A stretch of 64,000 bases of DNA from Marsupella aquatica (lineage: Eukaryota; Plantae; Marchantiophyta): contig OZ316894.1 in the NCBI GenBank assembly GCA_973895155.1, forward strand, positions 2,806,457 to 2,870,456. The letters run 5' to 3'. The position numbers and the translations under genes are program-made. The notes below the pieces were generated by a model. That model saw only the letters and a list, made by a program, of their open reading frames with translations, searched no databases and was not told the origin of the DNA. Positions within the stretch are counted from its first letter, which is position 1. Each line of letters opens with the position of its first letter. Below, piece by piece: positions 34,929 through 47,381 of this stretch.

Positions 34929-36300
34929 GGTCGTTGCCTTACAACTCTTCTCTGCCCCGATCGTGTATGGCCCACTCGAACAAAAAAATCTATCTGGAAA
35001 AACATGGTGGGAAATCTCAGGGCGCAGTAAAGTTAAGAGCCACCAACAAAGGTAAGGGCCGAATGTGTATCTGTAAGGAGTCTCTGGAGCAGAATGATGC
35101 AGATTATAAGTGACTCTAAATTCTCACGCGACATTGATATCTTATTTATTAATGCTTTGTGACATGATTCCAACCAGTTTCAATTCAACACCAATTTTGG
35201 TCGACATGGATCTGCTTCCAATCGAAGTGTTGCCTGCTACTCAAAATTAATCTAATATCCACAAACTTGAGTCGAAAGCAGATTGAAAAAGTTACAAAAC
35301 AAAGGCAGAGCCGATCATTTTATTAAACAAGGAAATTAAACAGTGAAGTCCTGATTGGAATTTGGAACAGAAAACTAAACTTCCCTACTGCTTTGCGCAA
35401 TTCAGCACACGGCAGGGGAGATGAAACGAGGTTTTTCAATGTGCAGAATTGTAAACCGACCTTTACTCCTCTTCAATGCCGACAGTAAATTTCTATGAAT
35501 CACAATCAGACATTGGGTTTAGTCTATGGAAACATCAAACTCAATCAGCGAGAACTGGTGAGACTAGGGACCTCCACTACAAACCGCGGTTAGTAACATG
35601 CTGTGTAAAAATAATTAACTAGAACTGCACTCACACGTTTTGTGAACACAATCAATCAAAGGTCAATAGTTAATATATAGTTGACATCAGCGATTGCATT
35701 TTCCCGATTTTGTTTCTCTCTTGCAGCTTTCGGAAGAGCTAATTAAGGTCGAGAAGGTTATGTAATTTCTCGAGTCCTAATTTTGAGTACTGTCTGACTT
35801 GGCTTGTTTGTTCTCACTCAAATTCATCTCATCACAAGGCTCTGTGGTGAATTGTCATTCAGAGAATCATGTTCCAGACGAAAGAATTGAAGGAAGGTTT
35901 ACGCAGGAACAGGATGAACTCCGGGTCCGTGTGGCCGATTTAGAAAAGAAGCTACAAGAGCGCACGCAAGAACTGATCGAGGGAATCAAAAAGTTCTCGT
36001 ACAGCAGAAAGTGCAGAATTTGGTATATTGCAGACCAAGATGAAGGAGTTGGAAAAGCTTCGAGAAACAGATGTAAGCTTTTGGTCGATCTCCACGCGCG
36101 TCCGTCATACTTGACGAGATGTTTTCATCTTCAGACTCAGGAGTAAATGGAAACATTACTTAATTACTGTTGAAAGGAAGGCAGAAGGGGAAGATTTAAT
36201 TGACATGCTTTCATCTCGGACTTCGGAGCAAATGGAGTGCGGTAAACAGAAGAAATACGGAAAGCAGCAGGCGTACAATAAATCGACATGTTCTCGAATC
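34929..36300 (+). pseudogene. Possible degraded spliced gene fragments, coiled-coil-like (QDELRVRVADLEKKLQERTQEL; TKMKELEKLRETD)
   Basis: Several small AG-exon-GT blocks (about 34929-35051, 35727-35756, 35863-35980, 36034-36072), but no consistent full frame and in-frame stops downstream. Confidence 0.3.
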
Positions 36301-38318
36301 GGACATCGCACAAAGGTGAATCTACTGCTAAAATGCGTCACCAGGCCATGCCCTGCATAAGCAATTACCTCCCCTGTCGTGTATGGCTACTGTCCTCTCC
36401 TGTCGTGTATAGATTAGAGTTTTGACCTGCATTCGTTGCTAGTCAATGTCCTTATCGATGTCCTTATCTATTCTCTTATCGATGTCCTTATCGATTCTCT
36501 TTGCTTCTCCTTATTTCTGCTCGATCTATTTGTTTCTGATTAAGATGTGCTGTGCCTCTTTTCTGTCCTCGATCAGTTCTCATTTTTGCTTTCTTCATTC
36601 GGCTTCTGATCTTTTTTGATTTTGTTTCTTCAACATTCCTCTTTACTTTGCACTTGAAGAGGCGAAACTCCTTTCGAGCTTTCCTCATTTTTCATTACTT
36701 TCATCAAAAGCCTTCCTCCCTTTCGAAATGTTGATGTGCTTCTTTTGTTCTGATGGTTTTATTTCGGCAGTTACATAGGAATACGGTTACTGTTTAAGTT
36801 GAACACTATTTACTTTTACAAAAAAACATTTATAAATTTAAGTAAAGAGAATATGGGTGAATGTTTTTAATCTCGCCCTTTGTATCAATAGATTTGGATG
36901 AATTACTTTTAATTACTTTTACATTATGTTTTGACGGCACAACGTCCATAAAATTACACGAAAAGCGACGTAAACAAGATGGAGAGGAGTTTATTCGTTG
37001 CGCAAACATGACCATTCTTGTTTGTTGCGGTTGTTGCTGACGTGGCATGCTGTGGTGCCAGGAATTTTGGAAGGAACCTCTAGTGGGGTCCGTAAAAATG
37101 ACCTACAATTATCAATAAGTGTAAGTGAGCATGTCCACAAGTGTTTGTAAACACTTACAGAGGTTTTGCACTTACAAACAGTCAAAATGGTGGGGATAAA
37201 AAGGGACTAGCACTTATTGAGTGTGCACTTAGCGAGAGCTGACTGTAAGTTCGGAGCTCCATTCCATGCATCCGCACTTTACAGTACTGTCCGTGTTACT
37301 GCGAAGGCAAGAAATCGGTCTGGACGCCTACCAGAGTCGAACCCGTGGTCTCCAAGCAAGGTAACGTCCTACTACTGCCGTCGTGGGTGTTAGTTTCACA
37401 CCGTAGGCAAAAACAACGAATGTAGCGCCTATCTCGACCGTCCATTTACAAATTAGAAGACCACGATTGAAAGATTCAAGGCGTACATTCGTTTTGGGGA
37501 TACATTCTCCAAACCGGAGGCGAACCGGAGGCGAACCCTTGATCTCCAAGCAAGGTCTCTCTGGAATGCCTAGGAGTCCATCGGGGCCGTCCAGATTAAA
37601 AATAGAAGGCCAGGATTCAAAGATTCAAAGATTTCAAAGACAACATTCGTTCCGGGGGGGGATGCCCTTTGTCTCTCCGTTGGATTATACTTGAAACTAA
37701 AGGAAAGAGTGGAGGATCCGTTGGAGAAAGAGGAAAAACGTTGGATTTAGAGACGACTCTCGTGCGCGTGGGAAAGGTGAGAAGACGAAGACTCCAGAGG
37801 AAAAGAGACCAGAAGGAAGACGAAGAAGGGAGCGCGAGACGAGAGAGAGGAAGAAGTGGAGGAGAAGCGCGACTATTGGGGTCGACGAGGGCGAGAGATC
37901 TTCGGTTGCTGGTGAGTTTTCTACCGATCGCCGCAGGGCATATCATATTGTTGTAACGCAATGCTCGGAGTTTCGATTGGGATTTTCCTGAGACAGTTTC
38001 GTCGGAAATCGCGTTCGTGAGGGTGGTTTTGTCGCGGACGGCCGTGTTGATGTCGGGGCGCATAATTATTGCGGACGGCAATCGTTCATTGGTGGTTTGT
38101 TTGGTTTGTTTTGCGTTTGAGACTTTCAGTGTAGGTCTGATTTGTGCATTTTTGTTCTGGCAGAGAGTGAAAACGGACTCCGCTGTAGTCGAATTTTGTG
38201 ATAGGTCTGCCAAAGGGAAGCTGTAGGGTTCCCGGACAGTGACATTTTCTGCTTCAACAGGTGGTGTGAACTCTGAGTGATTTTACGGTGAAGAGGAAGG
38301 GCGAAGAAGGCTGCAATC

Positions 38319-40207
38319 ATGTCGATGGCTTGGAAAAAATCTGGGTATGAGGATCTGGAAGCAGGAGAAGCAGGGTTGTACCCTGGCATTACTGCCGAAG
38401 ACAACGTATTGAGATGGGCCTTTATTAGGAAGGTGTATGGCATTCTTAGCACTCAAATGGTCCTAACAACTGCTGTGGCATCTGTCGTTGTATTCTCCAC
38501 ACCGGTAAAGGAGTTCTTCATCAGCAGCCCCTGGTTGCTGCTGGCCGTTGCATTTCTACCGCTTGTATGTGAGTGATCCTCAGACCCTGGTCCTCCTATT
38601 CCCTCAGTCAACCGAAACGTCGACCTAGTGTAGGTTGACGCTCTCTCTGTCGTATAGGTCCTGGTTTTCGACTCCTATTTTTAACTGAGTAATTTTTGCC
38701 GATACCGTCGCAGTTTTGTGCGTTGGGCCTTCCTTTGACAGAATGTGTTCAAATATATAAGGCCTGTGGGACTTTGACGTCCTAAACATGGCATGTAGAG
38801 TGAGAAAGGGGGTGAGGGAGTTGTAGAGCGGGCTAGAACTTTGATTGGTCTGTCGGCTTTCTCACGAGGAGCCTGATGAGGAGATTTCTTTTGGTTTCAG
38901 TATTACTTCACGGAACTGTACATTGCGGTGAATGCTTTCTTACCTGTTGTCATTGCTTGGTCCTGCATATAACTAGCTTTCCGTGAACGATTGAGGAAAT
39001 TTACTATACGTAATGGGGCTATTGATTCTCAGGCTGTGTTTCCTTTCTTCCTTGTCCATCAGCAAGCTTATATACTGACCAATTTGTTACCTGTCTGCAG
39101 TGTTGTGCCCACTGTATGCCTATAGTCAAAGTCATCCTTTGAACCTTCTTCTTCTGGGCCTCTTCACCGTCGGCGTGAGCCTCACAGTGGGAATATCATG
39201 TGCTTTTACCGAAGGTAAGTCCGTGAAAGCATGTAGATCAACTTGGCTACAGCTCGGCTTGATTTACCATATTTATAAATTGATAGAAAGAATTTAGGAA
39301 AGCAAGCCTAGACAATTTGCCATTTGCACTGTAAATGCAGCTCGGAGCTGGAAAGCGCTAGAATTCAATCTGATGCCCTAGGGATATTTTCTCATACGGG
39401 GTGGTGGGAAGACCCAGATTTGGCTGCTTTACTAACCAGGTTTTGATGTTTGACTTGCAGGTCTGATTGTTCTGGAGGCTCTGTTGCTAACAGCAACAGT
39501 AGTTTTGTCACTCACGGCTTACACGTACTGGGCTGCTAAGAATGGCTATGACTTCAGCTTTTTGGGCCCCATTCTGTTTGTTTCGGTGGTCGTGTTGGTC
39601 GTCTTTGGTCTTGTTCAGGTATTTTCCTTGCATCTTTCTTATCAAGTTGCTCCGCCGTGAATGAACGAACTCCGTGTAGCACTGTCATTGAAATCTGTTA
39701 TCCCAAGGCGTAAGTTTTAGGGGGAGTCTTTGTAGCCTGGTGAAGAAGACTTGAAGCATCTTGCAGGTATTCTGAATGTCAGTTTTATTTTAGGTGTAGT
39801 GGTTCAAACTGTGGATGTTGATGCGATTTCAAGAAATGGGTGAAACCTGTTGCGTTGGAAGATGTATTAATTTCATGGCTAAGAATGTTGTGAATATTGA
39901 ATTTCCAGATCTACCAGTAGGCTTTGAATTGAACAATCATGTGTATGGAGTGGAACGTTTACGTGTAATGTTGATGTCTCTACTTGTACAGATGATCTTC
40001 CCACTCGGACCCATAAGTACAGCAATCTATGGTGGTCTTGGATCTCTCGTATTCAGTGTCTACATCGTGTATGACACGGACAACTTGATCAAGCGGTTTA
40101 CCTATGATGAGTACGTCTGGGCCTCCGTGGCGTTGTACTTGGACGTCATCAACCTCTTCCTCTCAATCCTACAGTTGCTAAGGAGCATCCAAGGGGGAGA
40201 CAATTAG
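38319..40207 (+). CDS. Bax inhibitor-1 superfamily, LIFEGUARD/BI1-like membrane protein (4 coding exons, 245 aa)
   Basis: Exons 38319-38568, 39101-39214, 39461-39618, 39992-40207 (738 nt, in phase). Motifs DLEAG..LYPG...LRWAFIRKVYGILSTQ, HPLNLLLLGLFT, YDFSFLGP and YIVYDTDNLIKRFTYDEYVWASVALYLDVINLFL. 5' UTR intron at about 37912-38260. Confidence 0.93.
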
Positions 40208-43200
40208 AGAAAGGCCCACGTCAATTGGACTACACAGCAAATTAAGAAAACAGTGTTCGGAACTTTGTATAAAAACCGATTCTTTCATATGCCCAAATAA
40301 ATTGGGGTCGGAGTCAATGTAATAGAGGTCGACATCAGGCTTGATCAAGGAAGATGTAGCATTATCGTACAAATTGGATAGACATTCGATGATAGTTTCT
40401 AAAGCCGTCATTTTCCACTACACCGCAGGAAAGACGCCTTCACTGTACTATTCAGACCTTTTGGCATAGAGTGTATGTTAGGACTAGCATCTGTACGGAA
40501 AGTACTTGATACTTGTGAAGTCGATAGATCTATTTTGGGTCTCACTTTTTGTATTTACTAAAGACATCCCGTTGAAAATTTAGACTGGCAACTATCAGGT
40601 CCATGGACTAAACAATGATGCCGCGAATTTCATAAGAGAGTCAAACGACTTCTTCAGATGTGCTCTGAATTGTATGAATCGCGAGATGTAATTCCTCTTT
40701 TACCCGCAAGGTAGCCTTAGAATCATTTGTCTTTGTATAGTGCACGTCCTTTGTTCCTGTTCATCCTCTAATGTGTATTTTACATAGCCTGCTCCACATG
40801 TGATATACTTTTTTTGTGCTAGTCGTTTTAGAGAGCATTGATGCTCCAGTTCATACTTGAATTTTGCTGCTAGTACTGTGCCGGCATGAAGGCAGTTCGG
40901 TGGTCGGTTTTACTGTGGTGGAGTGTAAAATGAAGATTTGATGACACAAGGTCTGCTGTCCCTCATTAGGATACACAATTGTTATGATGACTATTCCACA
41001 GGTCTGAACTACCAGAAGTGCCACGAAGTCGCATTTTGGTCTGAATGGTTCTTGCCTGTAGGATCTGTGATGATGTTCTTTAGATATTTCCAGTGACAAT
41101 TATCTATAACAATTCCCCGTTCACTAGCACTATCTTCTTGTCCGTCACCTGTTGTTCGCTGTAAGCTTGCTATGATGTTCCTATCTGCTGTTTGTGAACG
41201 ATTCTATTGTATCAGGAACCCAAATATTGACTGCACCGATGACCCTGTCAGAGGAGTGTTTCGACGTTCACAGCAGTCCCCGGTGGCGGGCATCCCCTTT
41301 TTTTATCACGAAGCCAACCTTGTTTACAAAACGCAGAAACAAGTGTGATTAGAGGCAGCGTTATGTCATATGTATAGACTACACGACGAGAACCTTCCTT
41401 TCGTCAAAACGAGGGAGAGATTAGTTGTAATTCCCTATTCTACGTATGAGGGACTTAGTTGATCGAAGATTCTACTCTGTTGAGTAGTTTGTATTATTGC
41501 TAACCTTAAAGGTGGGGCCCGCAGGATGGGTTCATTTATTTATTTATAGGATAGGATAGGATGTCCAACGGATCGGAATCTGGTCATGTGCTTGACGGAA
41601 TTTGTATGTTCCCCATTTCTCCTTGGATGGATTTGGTGTATCCTGCTTTTCGTGGCCCTGCCTAACTTGTTCTGAGAAAGGGATTTTTTCTACTTGTCAT
41701 TACATATTGCTGTGGAGGTTTTGACTGGGGGACAGGGCTACCATTACAATACGTTGCCAAACCCTCCCAAGCACGTTCCCCACATGTGTGAAAGGTGTCT
41801 GCCGTTTGTCCACTGGCCGAACTCCCTTTTGTACTCGGTAAACCCTCACATACTCCGTCCTCCATGGGTTGTCCAATGTTCGGGCCCAGACCCAATTTGA
41901 GTTATCCAAATCCACTTGTGACTGAACAATTCAAAGGAAGGGGTTTGGAAGAGTTCAAAGCCTGGTGGGAAAGCAGTTGACAGTGAACCTGCTCAATTTC
42001 TCCAAATTCTCTGCGATATATGACGTGATGGGTCATATAAACTGTGCCTGAAAAACTGTTTACACCAATGCGTGCACGTCTTGCTATTATAAACCAACCC
42101 AATTCATTTGAGCAATGTTGTCCCCGGTTTGAGCAATGTCGAACTTGAAAATGTGACTTCGTACAACTTTTCATTGCGTTCTAAAGAAGGATCGGTTGAC
42201 GCGTTCGACAATATTAGTTTGTTTTACTTTTCATTTTATGAGGGGGCGTGCAAGGTAGGAAAACCTTTTCTACACAGCCAAAACGACTCTGTTGCACTTT
42301 GCTTTCCTTTTAAAAAAAATATGTTTTTCTGTTTACAGTCCAACTTATTGTAGTACTTTGCCTCCTCATACCCCACTCGTTCAGGATTTTCCAAGGAAAC
42401 TCATTCGCATGTGCTCTGAGTAAAAGAAGGACAAGCTGACAAATGTGCTTTCCCCACAAAGGAAAAAGATGAGGATTGTGGGCACAGTGTTTCAGAACTC
42501 TTCCAATGGCTCAATTGAGTTATGTGTACCACACTCAGATTCCAACACAAACCCATGTACTAAATCACATCAGAGAAAGAAAGGTGAAAGAGATCATCAA
42601 GAAAGAAATCCCTATAACGAAGGTCCTCCTTGAACAGACGTGCCCCGAAACACCATTTCATCATTGTCCATTTCATCGCATCATTCGTTTCCAGAAATTA
42701 AACTCAAAATGCTTCCACAGGAGACACAGGAGATCACAACAGCATCTATTATATAAGAAGCGAAGAAGAGCAAACTGGGAAATAAAATTTTGTACAAGTG
42801 CGCTCCATGCTTACGCCTCCACTTCCTTCTCTCAATAGTGAATTCTGTTTCCTGCTGTCCGTCTGTCTTGTCCGAATCTCAATCTGAACCTTGGTCGAAG
42901 GCTCTGAAACCAAGCCTAGCCAAGCCATAGCCAAGACCCTCGATCCTTCTTCAATTCTTCATCCCAAGGCGTCGTGCCTCAAATTCAGCTGATGTCTAGA
43001 TCGCACAAGCTCGTTGCGAATAATCTACACATTGAATTGTCGCTCCTTTGGAATCCAATCCATGGAGGGAGGCGCTACAGGAGGACAGGAGGACCATACT
43101 TACTTTCGACAGAGGCACCTTTCTGGTGCAGAATTGGGCTACACGGAGAGGAGGTTCTGACCCGGTCAACCTCCGCGTGATCCCGACTGGAACAGTCGAG

Positions 43201-43641
43201 AACCACGTTAGAATTATCGATTCACCCGGACTGATTACCCAATCCTCTGGCAGGTCGGACCTGCCAGCTCCAGGAGGAACGAGATAAAACTTCCGCTGCA
43301 ACTTGTCCCATAGACCGTCCTGAAGTCTACAAGACACCTTTCAGAGTAGGGCTCTGAATCTCCGACCTGGCCAAACTCCCTTAATTAATGGGACCCTAGA
43401 GTCTTGGGCATTGTAGCAATTTGGCAATATCCTGGCAATAGCCTGCTGCCCAGATTCTCTGAATGGATCATCATCCGGTGGAAGGCATGGCTCCGTCAGA
43501 AATAACACCGTAACACCGACTCTCGGCGATTCGATCGAGATTGCTCCCCTTTAGGCCATTCGAAACTTCTCCAGAAGTTGATGGATATGAATTTGTCACA
43601 AAATCCAGATTGCGAGAAAGCTAGGCTTGGATGCCATGAAT

Positions 43642-45666
43642 TTATCTGCTCAGATGCCCAGGCGCCCGGCCTTCGAGTTTTGCCATTTCGGTGGCGTTTT
43701 CTGCCCAGACTCGTCGAAAGCTCCGGCTAGAATCTTGAGAGCCTCGAGAGTTTGGGATGTAGCTGCTGCTAGTGATGGATGCAGCCAAAGGGATCTCCTG
43801 AGACTCGCTGCCGCTAGAGTCATCGTCCGTTAGAGACAGCAGCTCCAGCTCGGAGGGTTTCGAGGACCCCCACGATCGCTTTGAGCTCAAGGAGTTTGCT
43901 AGAGGTTTGAGGAGTGGAGTCTGTTTTGCGGCCGCCATTTGTTGCTCATTGTTGCCGCTTCCATCGCGGCTGAGGTTCTTGTTGGTGGAGCCGGGAGAAA
44001 GTTGCCGGCGCGGGCTGCCAAGTCTGTTGCCAGACCCTTGGGATGTTAACTTGCGAGAGTCTGGAGAATCGACCACGAGAATCTTTGGAGAATTGCAATT
44101 CTTCGGAGAATTCGCCCCGAAAGGAGCATCATCCAGGCTGTGTTCCATCGAATTAAGGAGCTGCATTTCAGCCCACAGCAGAGGGGAGGTCTTGGAGTTA
44201 GCAGCCTCCCGTGTGATACAGAGTGCTTTGGACAGCATATCTGCCAGCTCGTTCATGGTGGGAAGCCTATTTCCCTTGGGCCGGAGGCACATCTTTACAG
44301 CCTCGCAAATGGCCTCCAGCTCGACCTTCTTGTAATCCTTCAAGCTCGGATCCACCATTAACCGCATCTTTTCGGCGTCACTGAGGTACTCCTTCGCCCA
44401 GTCGATCAGAGGACCCTGCGTGTCTGTAAAGGGACGCCTCCCAGTGATGACCTCTAGCAAAAACACACCAAAGCTCCGAATATTACTGTCTAAGTTAGGC
44501 GTATGCCTGTGAGCTTCCCATTCATTGTACCCAACCACTGTGGCAATCTTTGCGAAGGATTTCCTCCTGCCCAGAGACTTCATACTGAAATCCCCCGAGT
44601 CTTGAGTGACGGCAAAGTCTGCCAGTTTGGCAGCGTAATCTTCTGTTAAAAACACATGCCGGGCATCGAATTTGAAGTGGCTTGTCGGGGGTATGAGCTT
44701 GTGGTGCAAGTACTCCAGCCCACATGCCGCCCCCATGATTATCCTCATCCTCGTGGCCCAATCCAAATGATCCTCAGCTGCACCTCTCGCGTGGAGATGC
44801 TCATAGAGAGTGCCATTGGAAGCGTATTCGAAGACTAACATTCTCTCAAAGGGAGTGTCGGTTGCGCAGTAGGCTATCAAATTGACCATGTTGTCATGAT
44901 TCATCCGAGCCAAATCCTCTACCTTGTGCCTAAACCCAATCTCTCTTTTCGCAGTCCACCTCTCCGGCGGAATTCTCATCCTCGCAACAGCAATTGGCAC
45001 CCCGTCTGAGACTCTCGTGCCTTTGAAGACAAAACAATCCGTCGACGTCCCAATGACGTTGGTGAACTCCTCGCAGGCTGCGTCCAATTCCTCGAAGGTA
45101 ATCGTCGGGACGCCTGCGAACGTGAACTTCTGGATCTGCTCATTATCATGGAAGCTCAGCCCCTTCTTCCAGGTTGTGCCGGCCTCCCGCCTGCGCTTCC
45201 TCACCAGGAGCCTTACCTTTGCTGCAATGACCGTCGCCACAAGTAACAGAAAGACGGCCGGTCCTATGAGAAAAAGCCAGAAGAGAGACAGCCGCTTAGA
45301 AGATGTCGAATTGACCCTGGTCGCGATGGCTGGTAGTGCCGTTGGCGCTGGCGTTGGTGCTGGCGTTGGTGCTCGTGCTGGTGCTTTCGTTGGTGATACT
45401 TTCGGTGGTGTTCCCGCTGCTGCTGAAGTGTTGACCTTGCCAGTAGCGAGTATCCGGCGAAGGAAGTTGCCTTCGCCTCGCCCTTCCTCACCTCTTGTCG
45501 CTCCATGAATCAAAGACTCATCCTGTAAGGGCAGCAGGCGAGCCTCACAACCTGGAAGAACCGAAGAGCCTGGTGGAGAAGGGGAGAACAGCAGCAGAAC
45601 GCCAGCTAGAAGAAGAAGCAGAAGGCCCTCGTTGCATGGTTCTCTCCTCAACCCCCTTTGACACAT
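43642..45666 (-). CDS. Intronless single-pass receptor-like pseudokinase, MDIS/LRR-VI-2-like but lacking LRRs (674 aa)
   Basis: Signal peptide, short Pro/Ala/Thr ectodomain, TM helix (LFWLFLIGPAVFLLLVATVIAA), then GVPTITFEELDAACEEFTNVIG...FRHKVEDLARMNHDNMVNL...PFERMLVFEYASNGTLYEHLH, typical of MDIS-like kinases. The VAIK lysine and HRD are replaced (IAVAR, SHFKFD). SPLLWAEMQLL motif followed by a Ser-rich tail. Confidence 0.88.
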   Translation of the reverse strand: MCQRGLRREPCNEGLLLLLLAGVLLLFSPSPPGSSVLPGCEARLLPLQDESLIHGATRGEEGRGEGNFLRRILATGKVNTSAAAGTPPKVSPTKAPARAPTPAPTPAPTALPAIATRVNSTSSKRLSLFWLFLIGPAVFLLLVATVIAAKVRLLVRKRRREAGTTWKKGLSFHDNEQIQKFTFAGVPTITFEELDAACEEFTNVIGTSTDCFVFKGTRVSDGVPIAVARMRIPPERWTAKREIGFRHKVEDLARMNHDNMVNLIAYCATDTPFERMLVFEYASNGTLYEHLHARGAAEDHLDWATRMRIIMGAACGLEYLHHKLIPPTSHFKFDARHVFLTEDYAAKLADFAVTQDSGDFSMKSLGRRKSFAKIATVVGYNEWEAHRHTPNLDSNIRSFGVFLLEVITGRRPFTDTQGPLIDWAKEYLSDAEKMRLMVDPSLKDYKKVELEAICEAVKMCLRPKGNRLPTMNELADMLSKALCITREAANSKTSPLLWAEMQLLNSMEHSLDDAPFGANSPKNCNSPKILVVDSPDSRKLTSQGSGNRLGSPRRQLSPGSTNKNLSRDGSGNNEQQMAAAKQTPLLKPLANSLSSKRSWGSSKPSELELLSLTDDDSSGSESQEIPLAASITSSSYIPNSRGSQDSSRSFRRVWAENATEMAKLEGRAPGHLSR

Positions 45667-46860
45667 TCCTTCGCCTTTGCTAGGGCGTCACCTTGATCCA
45701 CAAAGCTTGTGTTCACTCAATTGAGCCAATGGACCTAACAATCAATGTCCTGCAACTGACACTTTGCATAGACTGCTGTACGGTCGGCGCTTCGATCACT
45801 AATAATCTATTGCCTTCCGATTACGCGACAAACAATAGAGACCTACCCCAAACTCCTCGAATCTGATTGCAATTCCGGGTCTATCCCAACCTCAGGCTGT
45901 TGATAAGAAGTTCGACGTGAGGGCTCTCAATAAAATGGTTGTCCGTCCCAATGCAAGGCCCTCTGTCCGCAGCAAGATTCCAAAAAATTTCCAGTTGCTT
46001 ATTCCACCACGCTTACCGGGAGTCCAGACTGCCGAAGTGACGTTCAAGGGGAACTGTCGGAGCCATCATTGCAGAAAATTTAGTATGTCAAATTCAAAGA
46101 TTACTGAATGCTCGAAAAAGCCCGTGCACAGGCAGATTTCTGTGTTGAGCTTTGACAAAACCAAATGAAGAAAGAAAACGAGACATAGTGTTTGGACAGG
46201 TAAGATTTATCTGCGGGAGCTTCAGATAAGGCTTCGACCTAGTTGCAAACGACTGAACAACATAGAGTGGTAAATGAAGCAAATGCGTCAACCTACTTTA
46301 GTGCGAACGAATTGAAGAATCAAACGAGCGCTTCCAAAGACCGAGACAGAAAGGGGCACAACGAGAGGTAGTGCCCCTGCACCTACACAACAACGAGAGC
46401 TGACGCTACTGCACATATGCCTCCTGCACCCCGACTAAATTTAACTTCCGGCGAATTTCTGTAGCTTCCCACTGAGGTGAGGCGCTCGCGCTCGGTTTCT
46501 GCTCGTGCTCCACTTCGACTCCCACCTCCGGATGGTCTAGGTGCATAAGAAAGCACTGCCCGTCCGGGATACAAACGCCTGAGCGCTGGAGCTACAGCTC
46601 GCTCGACCCAAATCATCACCAGGGTAGACAATCCCATACATCGATACTCACCGGCAAATACGACGATCCGAGCTCCTCTCCTTGTTACTCAAATCGGGCA
46701 TCCGAACTCATGCGGAAGCTCCCAGCTTAATCCTCAGTCGCCTTTTTCAATTAAGTACCTGCAAACCGTCACCCGAAATCTATTGTTCTAATTGTAATCC
46801 TCGTCCTTCCAGCAAAGAAAACTCTCCGTCGTGCGCTCTCTTCTCCTCTCCTCTCCCCTC

Positions 46861-47159
46861 TGTTGACAGTCACTTTGCTTCATGATTCATAGCAAAGTAC
46901 CATGCGCTTCTAAGTGAGAAGTATGATTGTATCAGGCTGTTCTGCTGTGTCCACTCCCCCGGATATTATGGCTTGTTATCCGCTTGCTTGCTTTGATGAT
47001 TAGTAGGGACGTGCCCTGTACGTATCACATTTCACCGTAGATCTATGTTCTACCTCCTAATGGATTAAAATCCATCTGTATCTCTGGCATGTATTTATGT
47101 GGGGGCCCCGCCTCCCCTTTCCCACTCATCACAGGAGATCAATAAACTTGTTCTCTTCA
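46861..47159 (+). repeat. 5' LTR of the copia element
   Basis: TGTTGACAG...CTCTTCA, duplicated at 51805-52103. Confidence 0.97.
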
Positions 47160-47172
47160 TGGTATCAGAGCC
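47160..47172 (+). other. Primer-binding site (tRNA-iMet)
   Basis: TGGTATCAGAGCC immediately after the 5' LTR. Confidence 0.93.
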
Positions 47173-47381
47173 TTCCCAGGATAATGCCTGAGGGCTCAGT
47201 CTTTTCTTCCGTATTTTTCTGTAGTTCCGAGTTGGTAAGAATCACTCGCGTAGCTTTGGAGTCATAGCTGTATAGTCTTACGTTGCAGGTGATAGATCCC
47301 TGTCGTGTTCTCCGTAGTACTCAGGAATTTATTTTCATAGGTGATAGGTCCCTGTGCATTTCTTAATAGTACTCAGGAACG

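Noticed and set aside
41400-42180. Mutator-like element with long TIRs
   Set aside because: The ends look TIR-like in composition, but I could not pair them as inverted repeats or find a TSD.
42400-43600. Separate gene downstream of the kinase
   Set aside because: Short ORFs without motifs; splice-like sites fit a long intron-containing 3' UTR equally well.
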